From assembly GCA_043810925.1 (NCBI GenBank), contig JBDRNT010000104.1:14242-78241 (forward strand): a DNA stretch of 64,000 nt. Direction: 5' to 3'. The stretch is from Candidatus Eiseniibacteriota bacterium (lineage in GTDB: Bacteria; Arandabacterota; Arandabacteria; Arandabacterales; Arandabacteraceae). The notes below the pieces were generated by a model. It saw only the letters and a list, made by a program, of their open reading frames with translations, was not told where the DNA came from and did not search any database. Of this stretch, positions 28,681 through 36,032 are shown piece by piece; position 1 is the first letter of the stretch, and each line of letters opens with the position of its first letter. The position numbers and the translations under genes were made by a program.

Positions 28681-30564
28681 ATGGGTTCCTCCAGGCTGTA
28701 CTTCAGACTGATCTCATTCATGAAGCCCTACTGGAAGCGACTGACGTGTGCAGTGCTTCTTATGGTAATGGTAGCGATCTTCAGCGGCATCTCGATCGGT
28801 ATGATCCTCCCCTTTGTCAATGTGATATTCTCAGGTGGGAAGCTGGATCTGCCGGACACGACGCACGGTGAAACGGGCGGGATCATGGGTGTGGCGCCGC
28901 AGAGCCTCTCCTCGGCTCAGGAAACCGTGAGGCAGAAGGTGCTTACCTTCTATGCCTCGGATTCGCCGGTAGTCACCCTTGAGCGGATCTGTATTTCCAT
29001 CCTCCTCATATACTTCCTCAAAGGACTGTTTACCTATCTCCTTGCGGTCGTCAGCGCGTCCCTTGAGCAAAGGGTGATCCGTGACGTCCGGAACAATCTC
29101 TATGCGCATCTCCACAGGTTGACGCTATCGTTCTTTCACGCCAGCAGGACCGGACAGGTGATATCGAGGGTCACGAATGACGTGACTCTTATAAGGATGA
29201 GCCTTTCAGCCGGGTTCCTTGGCGCAATGCGCGATCTGCTTTTCGTGGCTGTTTACGCCTCGATCGTGATCTTGATCAGCTGGCGACTGGCTCTGGTCGC
29301 CTTCCTTGTGATTCCGCCGATAACTTTCGGCGTCACCAAGATCGGACACAAACTCCGGAGATACAGCACAAAAGCCCAGGAAAAGATGGCCGACATCACG
29401 AGCGTCCTGCAGGAGACCATATCCGGAATAAGAGTCGTCAAGGCGTTTGGGATGGAAGATTTCGAGACAAGCAAGTTCTACAGTCATACGAGAGGCTTCT
29501 TCTCCGCTTTCATGACGCAACAGCGTGCAGCGTCACTGGCTCCGCCCATGACCGAGTTCCTTGGAGCTGCAGGAGCACTGATCGTGCTGTGGTACGGTGG
29601 AACTCAGGTGCTTGAAGGACATCTCCTGACCCCCGACTGGTTTCTGATCTTCCTGGCAGCAATGCTTTCAATAATACACCCCGCAAAGAACCTGACCCAT
29701 GCCAACGCGAAAATACAGGAGGGAGTGGCTGCTGCACGGCGGATATTCGAATTACTGGATACGGTTCCGGAAATAACCGACGGCAAGGACGCTGTGGACA
29801 TCGACACAATCAATGAATGGCTCGAGTTTGAGAACGTCAGTTTCACCTATGGTGAACAGGAATGCGTTTTACGAGACATCACTTTCAAGGTCAAGAAAGG
29901 GCAGGTTGTGGCAATCGTAGGCCCCAGCGGCGCAGGCAAGTCCACGCTGGTGGATCTGATCCCACGCTTCTACGACCCCACCTCCGGGAGCGTGAAGATC
30001 GATGGTAAGGATATCAGGAAGGCCACCATCCGCTCACTGCGGAACCTGATGGGAATAGTCACCCAGGAGACAATACTCTTCAACGACACAGTGAGAAACA
30101 ACATAGCGTATGGTATGGGGGATATACCGCTGTCCAAGGTCACCGAGGCCGCCACGGCGGCAAACGCCCATGATTTCATAAGTAACCTGCCGGAGGGATA
30201 TGATACCGTCATCGGTGACAGGGGAGTGAGACTGTCCGGCGGTGAACGCCAGAGGATCGCGATTGCCAGGGCCATACTTAAGAATCCGCAGATCCTGATC
30301 TTCGATGAGGCGACCTCTTCGCTTGATTCTGAATCGGAGAAACTCGTCCAGGATGCCATTGAGCATTTGATTTCGAAACGGACCAACTTTGTGATTGCTC
30401 ACAGGCTGTCGACCGTAACGAATGCAGATTTGATTCTCGTTCTGGATGATGGAAGAATAGTCGAGTCCGGTCGTCATGAAGAGCTGCTTGCGGCCGGACA
30501 GGTCTATAGAAAACTCTATGACCTGCAGTTCAGGGATTATCCGCAGGCCGTCCGGGAAGGCTAG
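28681..30564 (+). CDS. msbA: lipid A export ABC transporter (permease/ATPase) MsbA
   Basis: 627 aa. Six-TM ABC exporter domain plus an NBD with Walker A GPSGAGKST, signature LSGGERQRI and Walker B ILIFDEATS. Embedded among LPS-core genes. Confidence 0.88.
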   Translation: MGSSRLYFRLISFMKPYWKRLTCAVLLMVMVAIFSGISIGMILPFVNVIFSGGKLDLPDTTHGETGGIMGVAPQSLSSAQETVRQKVLTFYASDSPVVTLERICISILLIYFLKGLFTYLLAVVSASLEQRVIRDVRNNLYAHLHRLTLSFFHASRTGQVISRVTNDVTLIRMSLSAGFLGAMRDLLFVAVYASIVILISWRLALVAFLVIPPITFGVTKIGHKLRRYSTKAQEKMADITSVLQETISGIRVVKAFGMEDFETSKFYSHTRGFFSAFMTQQRAASLAPPMTEFLGAAGALIVLWYGGTQVLEGHLLTPDWFLIFLAAMLSIIHPAKNLTHANAKIQEGVAAARRIFELLDTVPEITDGKDAVDIDTINEWLEFENVSFTYGEQECVLRDITFKVKKGQVVAIVGPSGAGKSTLVDLIPRFYDPTSGSVKIDGKDIRKATIRSLRNLMGIVTQETILFNDTVRNNIAYGMGDIPLSKVTEAATAANAHDFISNLPEGYDTVIGDRGVRLSGGERQRIAIARAILKNPQILIFDEATSSLDSESEKLVQDAIEHLISKRTNFVIAHRLSTVTNADLILVLDDGRIVESGRHEELLAAGQVYRKLYDLQFRDYPQAVREG

Positions 30565-30569
30565 CACGT

Positions 30570-31565
30570 GTGACAAACCTGTTGATCGTCAGGCTCAGCT
30601 CTTTCGGAGATATTGTTCTCACCGAACCTGTCACCCGGGCTGTGAAGCAGCAGTATCAGGACGCGAGACTGTGGTTCGTCACTTCCGCCCAGTACAGCGA
30701 GATACCGCTGCTTTTCTCATCGGTCGACTCTGTTATACCGTACTCAAAGGGCGGCACCAATCCCCAACTGGACGCGGTCGCAAGGGAGACGCAATTCGAT
30801 GCGGTTATCGATCTCCAGGGTAGCCTGCGGTCCCGGCGTATCACCGGCGAACTGAGAAGCGGGAAGACGGTCAGACACCGCAGGCCGCGGTTTCGCCGCT
30901 TCCTGAGCGTGTACATGCCCTGGCTCTGGAAGGGGTACCTCGACCACACCGTCCAGTCATACGCGGATGCGGCCCGCCGGGCCGGGATCGAGTCTCACGA
31001 TCTTGTGCCAAGAGTGACACCGCCTGAGGTGGACCTCAAGAAGGCCAGGGAGAGGTTCGGAGCCGGACCCTTTATCGGCGTCTGCCCGGGAGGCAGCAGC
31101 CCGCACAAGAGATGGAGTGAGGACCGCTTCGCGGAACTCGTACGTTGCCTGGTAGGCGACGGGAGGCAGGTCCTTATTATAGGCTCGGATGCGGACAGGG
31201 CCGTGGCAGAGTCCGTCGTCGGCGGTCTCAGTGGTGAGGAAGCTGGGCTCTACATCAGCAACAACATCGCCATGATTGCCGCCCTTCTTTCGTTGTGCGC
31301 CGCGACGGTCACGAATGACTCCGGTTTGATGCATCTGGCCGGTGCCGTGGGTTCAAGGGTAGTTTCGATCTTCGGACCGACGTCACCATTGCTCGGATTC
31401 GCTCCGATGGCCGAAGGGGCTGTCGTCGTAACGCGCGGCCTTTCATGCAGCCCGTGCTGTTTCCACGGCAACAGGCCTTGCAAGTATGAAACGAGGGAAT
31501 GTCTGGAGGAGACCGATCCGGGAGAGGTGGCCGGGATTGTCGCTGATACGCTCCGTGAAGGATAG
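30570..31565 (+). CDS. glycosyltransferase family 9 (LPS heptosyltransferase-like)
   Basis: 331 aa. LLIVRLSSFGDIVLTEPVTRAVKQQY N-terminus, KRWSEDRF, and TNDSGLMHLAGAVG, all typical of GT9. Confidence 0.8.
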   Translation: MTNLLIVRLSSFGDIVLTEPVTRAVKQQYQDARLWFVTSAQYSEIPLLFSSVDSVIPYSKGGTNPQLDAVARETQFDAVIDLQGSLRSRRITGELRSGKTVRHRRPRFRRFLSVYMPWLWKGYLDHTVQSYADAARRAGIESHDLVPRVTPPEVDLKKARERFGAGPFIGVCPGGSSPHKRWSEDRFAELVRCLVGDGRQVLIIGSDADRAVAESVVGGLSGEEAGLYISNNIAMIAALLSLCAATVTNDSGLMHLAGAVGSRVVSIFGPTSPLLGFAPMAEGAVVVTRGLSCSPCCFHGNRPCKYETRECLEETDPGEVAGIVADTLREG

Positions 31566-31593
31566 TCACAAACCGGGTGCTAAGAAGGTCAGT

Positions 31594-32607
31594 TTGGGGG
31601 TGAGAGCTCCCAACTGGCTTGGAGACGCGATTCTTGCCCTCCCTGCGGTCCAGGGGCTTGTCGAGTGCTCGCGCCGCGCACGTGTCATCGTCCTGGCATC
31701 GACGGCATCCTACGAAGTGTTTTCGAGGGTACGCGGCACACTCGTTTTCCCCATACGGCGCCCGGGTGCGGGTCCGGTGGATTCAATGAGAGCGACCTTT
31801 AAGGGAGCCTCGATTCTCCGCACGTTCAGGCCGGTCATCACCTTCAGCTTCACCAGGTCGTTTACGTCAGCGGCCATGTTCCTTGTCGGAGGATCAACCC
31901 GGAGGGTCGGCTTTTCCGACAGCTCATTTTCGTCTTTCTACACCGACCGGGTGGATGCTCCGGGGCGCGATCGCGAACATCTTACCGATACATACTGCAG
32001 GCTGGTTGAAAGCATGGGCATCAAGGTCATGAGCCGGATCCCCGAACTCAAGGCGGCTCAAGCCGACTTACGGGCGGGTCGCCGGGTGTTGGAGCATCAG
32101 GGCCTTGGCACGGAGGGTTACGTATGTGTGTTTCCGGGGGCGCGTTACGGTCCGGCCAAGCGCTGGGATACGGAACGATTCGCTTCGCTGGGAGACATCC
32201 TGGTTGATAGATTCAGCCTCAGGGTCTTGCTGCTCGGCACGACGGCCGACGAAGCCGCGTGCACGGCAGTCGAGGAGAGGATGACGAAGGAAAGCATAAA
32301 CCTGTGCGGCCGGCTCGATTTCTCTGAGCTCGTGGGTCTGCTCAGCGGGTCCAGTGCCGTCGTTTCAAACGACAGTGGCGGCATGCATCTTGCAGCCTCG
32401 CTTGGTGTTCCCACCGTGGGGCTCTTCTTCTCCACAGACCCCCGGTGGACACGCCCGCTGTCTCCAGGGTCCATTGCTCTTTATAACAGGATGAAGTGCT
32501 CCCCTTGTTTTGCAAGGGATTGCAGGCGGGGCACTCCGTGCACTCGGACCATCACAGTTGATGAGGTGACCGGCGCGCTTGCGAAGATCGGAGGGATACC
32601 GACTTGA
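31594..32607 (+). CDS. glycosyltransferase family 9 (WaaF-like heptosyltransferase)
   Basis: APNWLGDAILALPAVQGL, PAKRWDTERF and SNDSGGMHLAASLGVP. Start taken at TTG 31594 after AAGAAGG. ORF-track ATG 31486 would overlap the previous gene by 80 nt. Confidence 0.8.
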   Translation: MGVRAPNWLGDAILALPAVQGLVECSRRARVIVLASTASYEVFSRVRGTLVFPIRRPGAGPVDSMRATFKGASILRTFRPVITFSFTRSFTSAAMFLVGGSTRRVGFSDSSFSSFYTDRVDAPGRDREHLTDTYCRLVESMGIKVMSRIPELKAAQADLRAGRRVLEHQGLGTEGYVCVFPGARYGPAKRWDTERFASLGDILVDRFSLRVLLLGTTADEAACTAVEERMTKESINLCGRLDFSELVGLLSGSSAVVSNDSGGMHLAASLGVPTVGLFFSTDPRWTRPLSPGSIALYNRMKCSPCFARDCRRGTPCTRTITVDEVTGALAKIGGIPT

Positions 32608-33182
32608 AAAGAGCGATCTTTTTTGACAGGGACGGCACTCTTCTTGTAGAACTGGGCTACCTTGCCCATCCTTCACGAGTGGCCCCATATCACTTCGCGG
32701 CGGAAGCCCTGAGAAGGGCAAGGGAACACGGATACCTTCTGATAGGAATCACGAATCAGTCCGCAATTGCCAGAGGCTATCTCAGCGAAGCCGATCTGTC
32801 GGTGATTCACCGGAGAATGCAGGACGTGTTCAAGCAGACGCATGCGGAGCTCGACGCCATGTACTATTGTCCTCACCATCCGGATGGCACCGTCGAAACT
32901 TACAGAAAGAAGTGCAACTGCAGAAAGCCCGGGACCGAGCTGGGAGAGCAGGCGGCCCGGAGATTCGATATCGATCTTAAGAGGTCCTTCCTCGTCGGGG
33001 ACAAGGAAACGGATCTGCTTTTCGGCAGCCGTCTCGGTATGACTGCATGTTTGGTCCGCACGGGATTGGGTGCATCTGAGGAAGAGCGCCTGGGCAGTGA
33101 GGGCTTGAAAGACTCGATGGTTTTCGATAATGTGCTTGAAGCGGTGAACTGGATCACCGGGGAGGCTGGTCATTTAAGATGA
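32604..33182 (+). CDS. gmhB: D-glycero-D-manno-heptose 1,7-bisphosphate phosphatase
   Basis: 192 aa. HAD motif I FFDRDGTL, Zn-binding-loop pattern YYCPHHPDG...CNCRKP, and motif VGDKETD. Confidence 0.85.
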   Translation: MKRAIFFDRDGTLLVELGYLAHPSRVAPYHFAAEALRRAREHGYLLIGITNQSAIARGYLSEADLSVIHRRMQDVFKQTHAELDAMYYCPHHPDGTVETYRKKCNCRKPGTELGEQAARRFDIDLKRSFLVGDKETDLLFGSRLGMTACLVRTGLGASEEERLGSEGLKDSMVFDNVLEAVNWITGEAGHLR

Positions 33183-33904
33183 GAAGAACTTCGGTCGTTG
33201 CCGTCGTAGCCCTCTTGCTGTTCAGTGCCGCTGCCACGGCACTGCCGTTTAAAACCGGAGAGAAACTGACATTCGCCGTACGTTACGAGTTCATCAAGGC
33301 AGGTGTCGCCACAATGGAGGTTGCCGGGCGGGTGAAATGTGAAGGAGGGGAGTGTTTCCGGGTCGTCTCTGTCGCACGGTCGACGATGCCGTTTTCGCTC
33401 TTTTTCGAGGTGGAAGACCGGGTCGAATCCCTCCTGGACGCCGAAGAGCTCTATACGTGGCGTTATGAGAAGAACCTGAAGGAAGGGAACTACCTGCAGA
33501 GGGAGGTGGTAGTCTTCGACCAGCGGGGGCACACTGCCACCTACCCTGACGGCAGAGTGGTACCGGTGCCGGAGAAGGTCCAGGATGTCCTGACGTCACT
33601 GTATTACATCAGGACTCTGGATCTGGAGGTAGGGGGCAGCGTCTTCATCGAGAACCATGCAGATGAGAAGAACTACCCGCTTGAGGTCAAGGTGCTCGGG
33701 ATCGAGAAGATCAAGGTCCCTGCGGGTACATATGAATGCTTCGTCCTCGAACCGATTCTGAAGGCCTCGGGTATATTTCAGCACAAGGGTCGTCTGACCG
33801 TATGGATGTCCACCGACCCAGCTCACATTCCAGTGATGATGAAGAGCAAGGTTGCAATCGGTGCCATCAATGTGGTTCTGGTGGAGGCTGAAGCGGGTAA
33901 ATGA
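33179..33904 (+). CDS. secreted DUF3108-like protein
   Basis: 241 aa. Signal peptide MRRTSVVAVVALLLFSAAATA and an all-beta-looking body. Family assignment is from memory only. Confidence 0.5.
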   Translation: MRRTSVVAVVALLLFSAAATALPFKTGEKLTFAVRYEFIKAGVATMEVAGRVKCEGGECFRVVSVARSTMPFSLFFEVEDRVESLLDAEELYTWRYEKNLKEGNYLQREVVVFDQRGHTATYPDGRVVPVPEKVQDVLTSLYYIRTLDLEVGGSVFIENHADEKNYPLEVKVLGIEKIKVPAGTYECFVLEPILKASGIFQHKGRLTVWMSTDPAHIPVMMKSKVAIGAINVVLVEAEAGK

Positions 33905-33919
33905 ACAGGAGACCGGCAA

Positions 33920-34876
33920 ATGGGCAGCAAAGATAATCCGGGGAGCACCCCCGGCAACAAGGGCAAGAAGATATCGATAGAGCACCGGACGAGCAAGGTC
34001 GACATCACCGACTTCGCAAGCCTACCCGATGGTTTCTCCTGGTATGAGAGCTTCAGGAAGATGATCCCGCGAATCCTGAGGGGAAAGGACCTCGAGGATC
34101 TGAGTGAAAGAGTGGTGCGTGCGAGACGCCGTAACCGGCCGGTCATTATCATGATGGGCGCGCATGTGGTCAAGTGCGGTCTTGGCGGTCTCATTTGTGA
34201 ATTGATGAGGAAGGGTGTGGTGACGGCGCTTGCGATGAATGGAGCCTGCGCCATCCACGATGTGGAGATCGCGATGTGGGGTAGGACATCCGAGGATGTG
34301 GAAGCCGGTCTCGAGGACGGGACTTTCGGGACGACCGAAGAAACCAGCGTGCTGTTCAATGATGCCGCTTCAGGTTGTCTCGGTGAGGAGATCGGGCTGG
34401 GGAACGCCATCGGAGAGCGGCTCTGTCGGGCCCAGCCCCGCAATCCGGAGGTCAGTGTGATTGCAACGGCGCACAAACTGGGCATCCCTGTGACTGTGCA
34501 TGTGGCCATCGGCACCGACGTCGTACACCAGCACGACGAGGCCGACGGGAAGGCAATCGGATCGGGCACTATGCGGGACTTCCGCACGTTTGCTTCGATG
34601 ATAGCGAATCTCAGCGGAGGAGTGATCCTCAATCTCGGCTCGGCTGTCATAATGCCCGAGGTGTTCCTCAAGGCCCTGGCGAAGGCGCGCAGTGCCGGTT
34701 CCGTTCTCGGGGAGTTCACGACGGCCAATTTCGATATGTTTTCTCTATACAGGCCCACGACCAGTGTTGTCAGGCGGCCGAAATCAATGGGAGCAACCAC
34801 CTTCAATTTCCTAGGTCACCACGAGATTCTCCTGCCTGTATTAGTCGCTTCAGTGCTGTCCAAAACACGCATCTGA
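33920..34876 (+). CDS. deoxyhypusine synthase-like family protein (tentative)
   Basis: 318 aa. By-eye resemblance to the DHS fold order: IIMMGAHVVKCGLGG..KGVVTALAMNGACAIHD...HKLGIPVTVHVAIGTDVVHQH...ILNLGSAVIMPEVF. Not verified. Confidence 0.4.
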   Translation: MGSKDNPGSTPGNKGKKISIEHRTSKVDITDFASLPDGFSWYESFRKMIPRILRGKDLEDLSERVVRARRRNRPVIIMMGAHVVKCGLGGLICELMRKGVVTALAMNGACAIHDVEIAMWGRTSEDVEAGLEDGTFGTTEETSVLFNDAASGCLGEEIGLGNAIGERLCRAQPRNPEVSVIATAHKLGIPVTVHVAIGTDVVHQHDEADGKAIGSGTMRDFRTFASMIANLSGGVILNLGSAVIMPEVFLKALAKARSAGSVLGEFTTANFDMFSLYRPTTSVVRRPKSMGATTFNFLGHHEILLPVLVASVLSKTRI

Positions 34877-34877
34877 G

Positions 34878-34893
34878 TGGCACGCAAATTGCC
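34878..34893 (+). promoter_or_regulatory. candidate sigma54 (RpoN) -24/-12 promoter TGGCACG-CAAA-TTGC
   Basis: Matches consensus TGGCACG-N4-TTGCW at 15 of 16 positions with correct GG/GC spacing. Begins 2 nt after the stop of the upstream gene and points toward the EPS locus. Confidence 0.55.
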
Positions 34894-34995
34894 CTGTTTT
34901 GAGTATATACGGGCCTTGACACATGCGTCCGTAGACAGTTGACGTGGAGGAGTGTGCTTTAGTGACCCCCTGTGTGACAGCGGGATTGGCGGCTA

Positions 34996-35028
34996 TTGCA
35001 ATATGCAAACACGAGTTGCAATCTGCAG
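34996..35028. promoter_or_regulatory. two copies of inverted repeat TTGCA-N3-TGCA(A/G), 20 bp apart (candidate regulator binding sites)
   Basis: TTGCAATATGCAA at 34996-35008 (perfect arms) and TTGCAATCTGCAG at 35016-35028. Centred about -75 and -55 relative to the predicted sigma70 start site. Confidence 0.45.
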
Positions 35029-35040
35029 CATTGTTGTTGC

Positions 35041-35069
35041 TTGACTTAGCAGAACATATGTGCTATACT
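35041..35069 (+). promoter_or_regulatory. near-consensus sigma70 promoter TTGACT-17-(TGc)TATACT
   Basis: -35 at 35041-35046, 17-nt spacer, extended -10 TG at 35061-35062, -10 at 35064-35069. Confidence 0.6.
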
Positions 35070-35075
35070 ACAAAA

Positions 35076-35244
35076 GCAATTAGGAATGGAAGGAGTGATT
35101 TAAGAGGTAAGCTTGCTACAGACAGATTATTGAGATTGGTTGGAACCGGATTGTCTGACAGGTGTCTGAAAGCAGGTTTACCGTGCACAGAAACAGATCA
35201 ACACTCTTACGGGATGATGCTCATGCGTCGTTCCGCTTTTTTTT
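35076..35244 (+). ncRNA. ~170-nt leader RNA or sRNA (unknown class) between the sigma70 promoter and the intrinsic terminator
   Basis: Bounded by the promoter above and a terminator at 35210-35244. Has no credible ORF. Contains repeated TGTCTG / CAGACA segments that allow alternative pairings. Confidence 0.35.
35210..35244 (+). terminator. intrinsic terminator / attenuator upstream of the wza-like gene
   Basis: 11-bp stem (CGGGATGATGC / GCGTCGTTCCG, 3 G-U pairs), loop TCAT, then a T8 tract at 35237-35244. It ends a few nt before the AGGAGG RBS of the GTG 35261 start. Confidence 0.6.
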
Positions 35245-35260
35245 GATCAGGAGGCCTGCA

Positions 35261-35998
35261 GTGAAACAATCGATTGCCATCTTACTCGCCTGCCTGGCAC
35301 TGGCCGCCGGCTGCGGTGGATCCAAACCTGAGCCTGTCCTGGATGCGCCGGTTGAGCGGGCTGAAATCGAAGTGGGAGTATTGGAGCGCGAGCCTTACAC
35401 TATCGTGGCCGGTGATGTTCTTACCCTGAGGTTTTTCTATTACCCGCAGCACAATGTCGAAGTCATGGTGCGACCGGACGGGATAGTCACGATTCCCCTC
35501 GTGGGAGAAGTGATGGCTGAGGGTATGAAGCCACTGGAGATCGAGGCCATCGTCAGAGCTCGCTACGCCGAGATTCTGGCGGAGCCGGAGGTGACGGTAC
35601 TGGTTTCCGAGTTCGCAGATCAGACCGTTTTTGTATTGGGCGAGGTCTCAAAGCCGGGGGCATATCCCCTCAAAGGCAGTATGACCCTGGTTGACGCAAT
35701 TGCAAGAGCCGGCGGTTTCACCGTGAACGGGAAGGCCGGAAGCGTGATCCTTATGAGAAGGAACGGGTCCGGGGAGTACAGCGGCCGGAAAGTGGATCTG
35801 AACTCGGTTATAAGCGCCGAAGGCACTGAGCGGATCCACCTTATGGCGAGAGACGTGGTCTTCGTACCTATGACGGCGATTGCCAAAGTCGATCTTTTCG
35901 TGGAGCAGTACTTCAAGAAGTTGTCTCCGGCACTGCTGTTCTATTTGTACGGGTACGATGTGTGGGCGAGAAAAGGCGGTGTGATCGTCAGGGATTAG
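35261..35998 (+). CDS. polysaccharide export outer-membrane lipoprotein (Wza-like, short form)
   Basis: AGGAGG-N6-GTG start. Lipobox LALAAGC. Poly_export-type segment (YTIVAGDVLTLRFF...PDGIVTIPLVGEVMAEGM) and SLBB-type segment (VFVLGEVSKPGAYPL). Confidence 0.85.
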   Translation: MKQSIAILLACLALAAGCGGSKPEPVLDAPVERAEIEVGVLEREPYTIVAGDVLTLRFFYYPQHNVEVMVRPDGIVTIPLVGEVMAEGMKPLEIEAIVRARYAEILAEPEVTVLVSEFADQTVFVLGEVSKPGAYPLKGSMTLVDAIARAGGFTVNGKAGSVILMRRNGSGEYSGRKVDLNSVISAEGTERIHLMARDVVFVPMTAIAKVDLFVEQYFKKLSPALLFYLYGYDVWARKGGVIVRD

Positions 35999-36032
35999 CG
36001 GCCAACGCAGCAATCAAACATGGAGTGACGTC

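Noticed and set aside
33823-34806. 327-aa minus-strand ORF almost coextensive with the + strand 33920-34876 ORF
   Set aside because: The + ORF has a coherent motif order (DHS-like) and fits the co-directional, tightly spaced gene array. The minus translation is low-complexity (Ser/Pro/Arg/Ala-rich). Residual doubt exists because my + strand family call is tentative.
34879-34900. GGCA-N7-TGCC mini-hairpin followed by CTGTTTT as a terminator of the upstream gene
   Set aside because: The stem is only 4 bp and the U-tract is weak. The same bases are far better explained as the sigma54 -24/-12 element.
34988-34999. GGCGGCTATTGC resembling the RfaH ops element (GGCGGTAGnnTG) often found upstream of polysaccharide operons
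   Set aside because: It matches only part of the consensus, lies upstream of the predicted sigma70 start site, and overlaps the first palindrome. The evidence is insufficient.
34944-35246. 100-aa ORF in the large intergenic region
   Set aside because: It spans the palindromes, the sigma70 promoter, the leader and the terminator. It has no SD and an atypical AT-rich composition, so the region is better explained as regulatory or RNA. Two mini-ORFs in the leader (ATG GAA GGA GTG ATT TAA; TTG CTA CAG ACA GAT TAT TGA) were noted, but I cannot support them as leader peptides.
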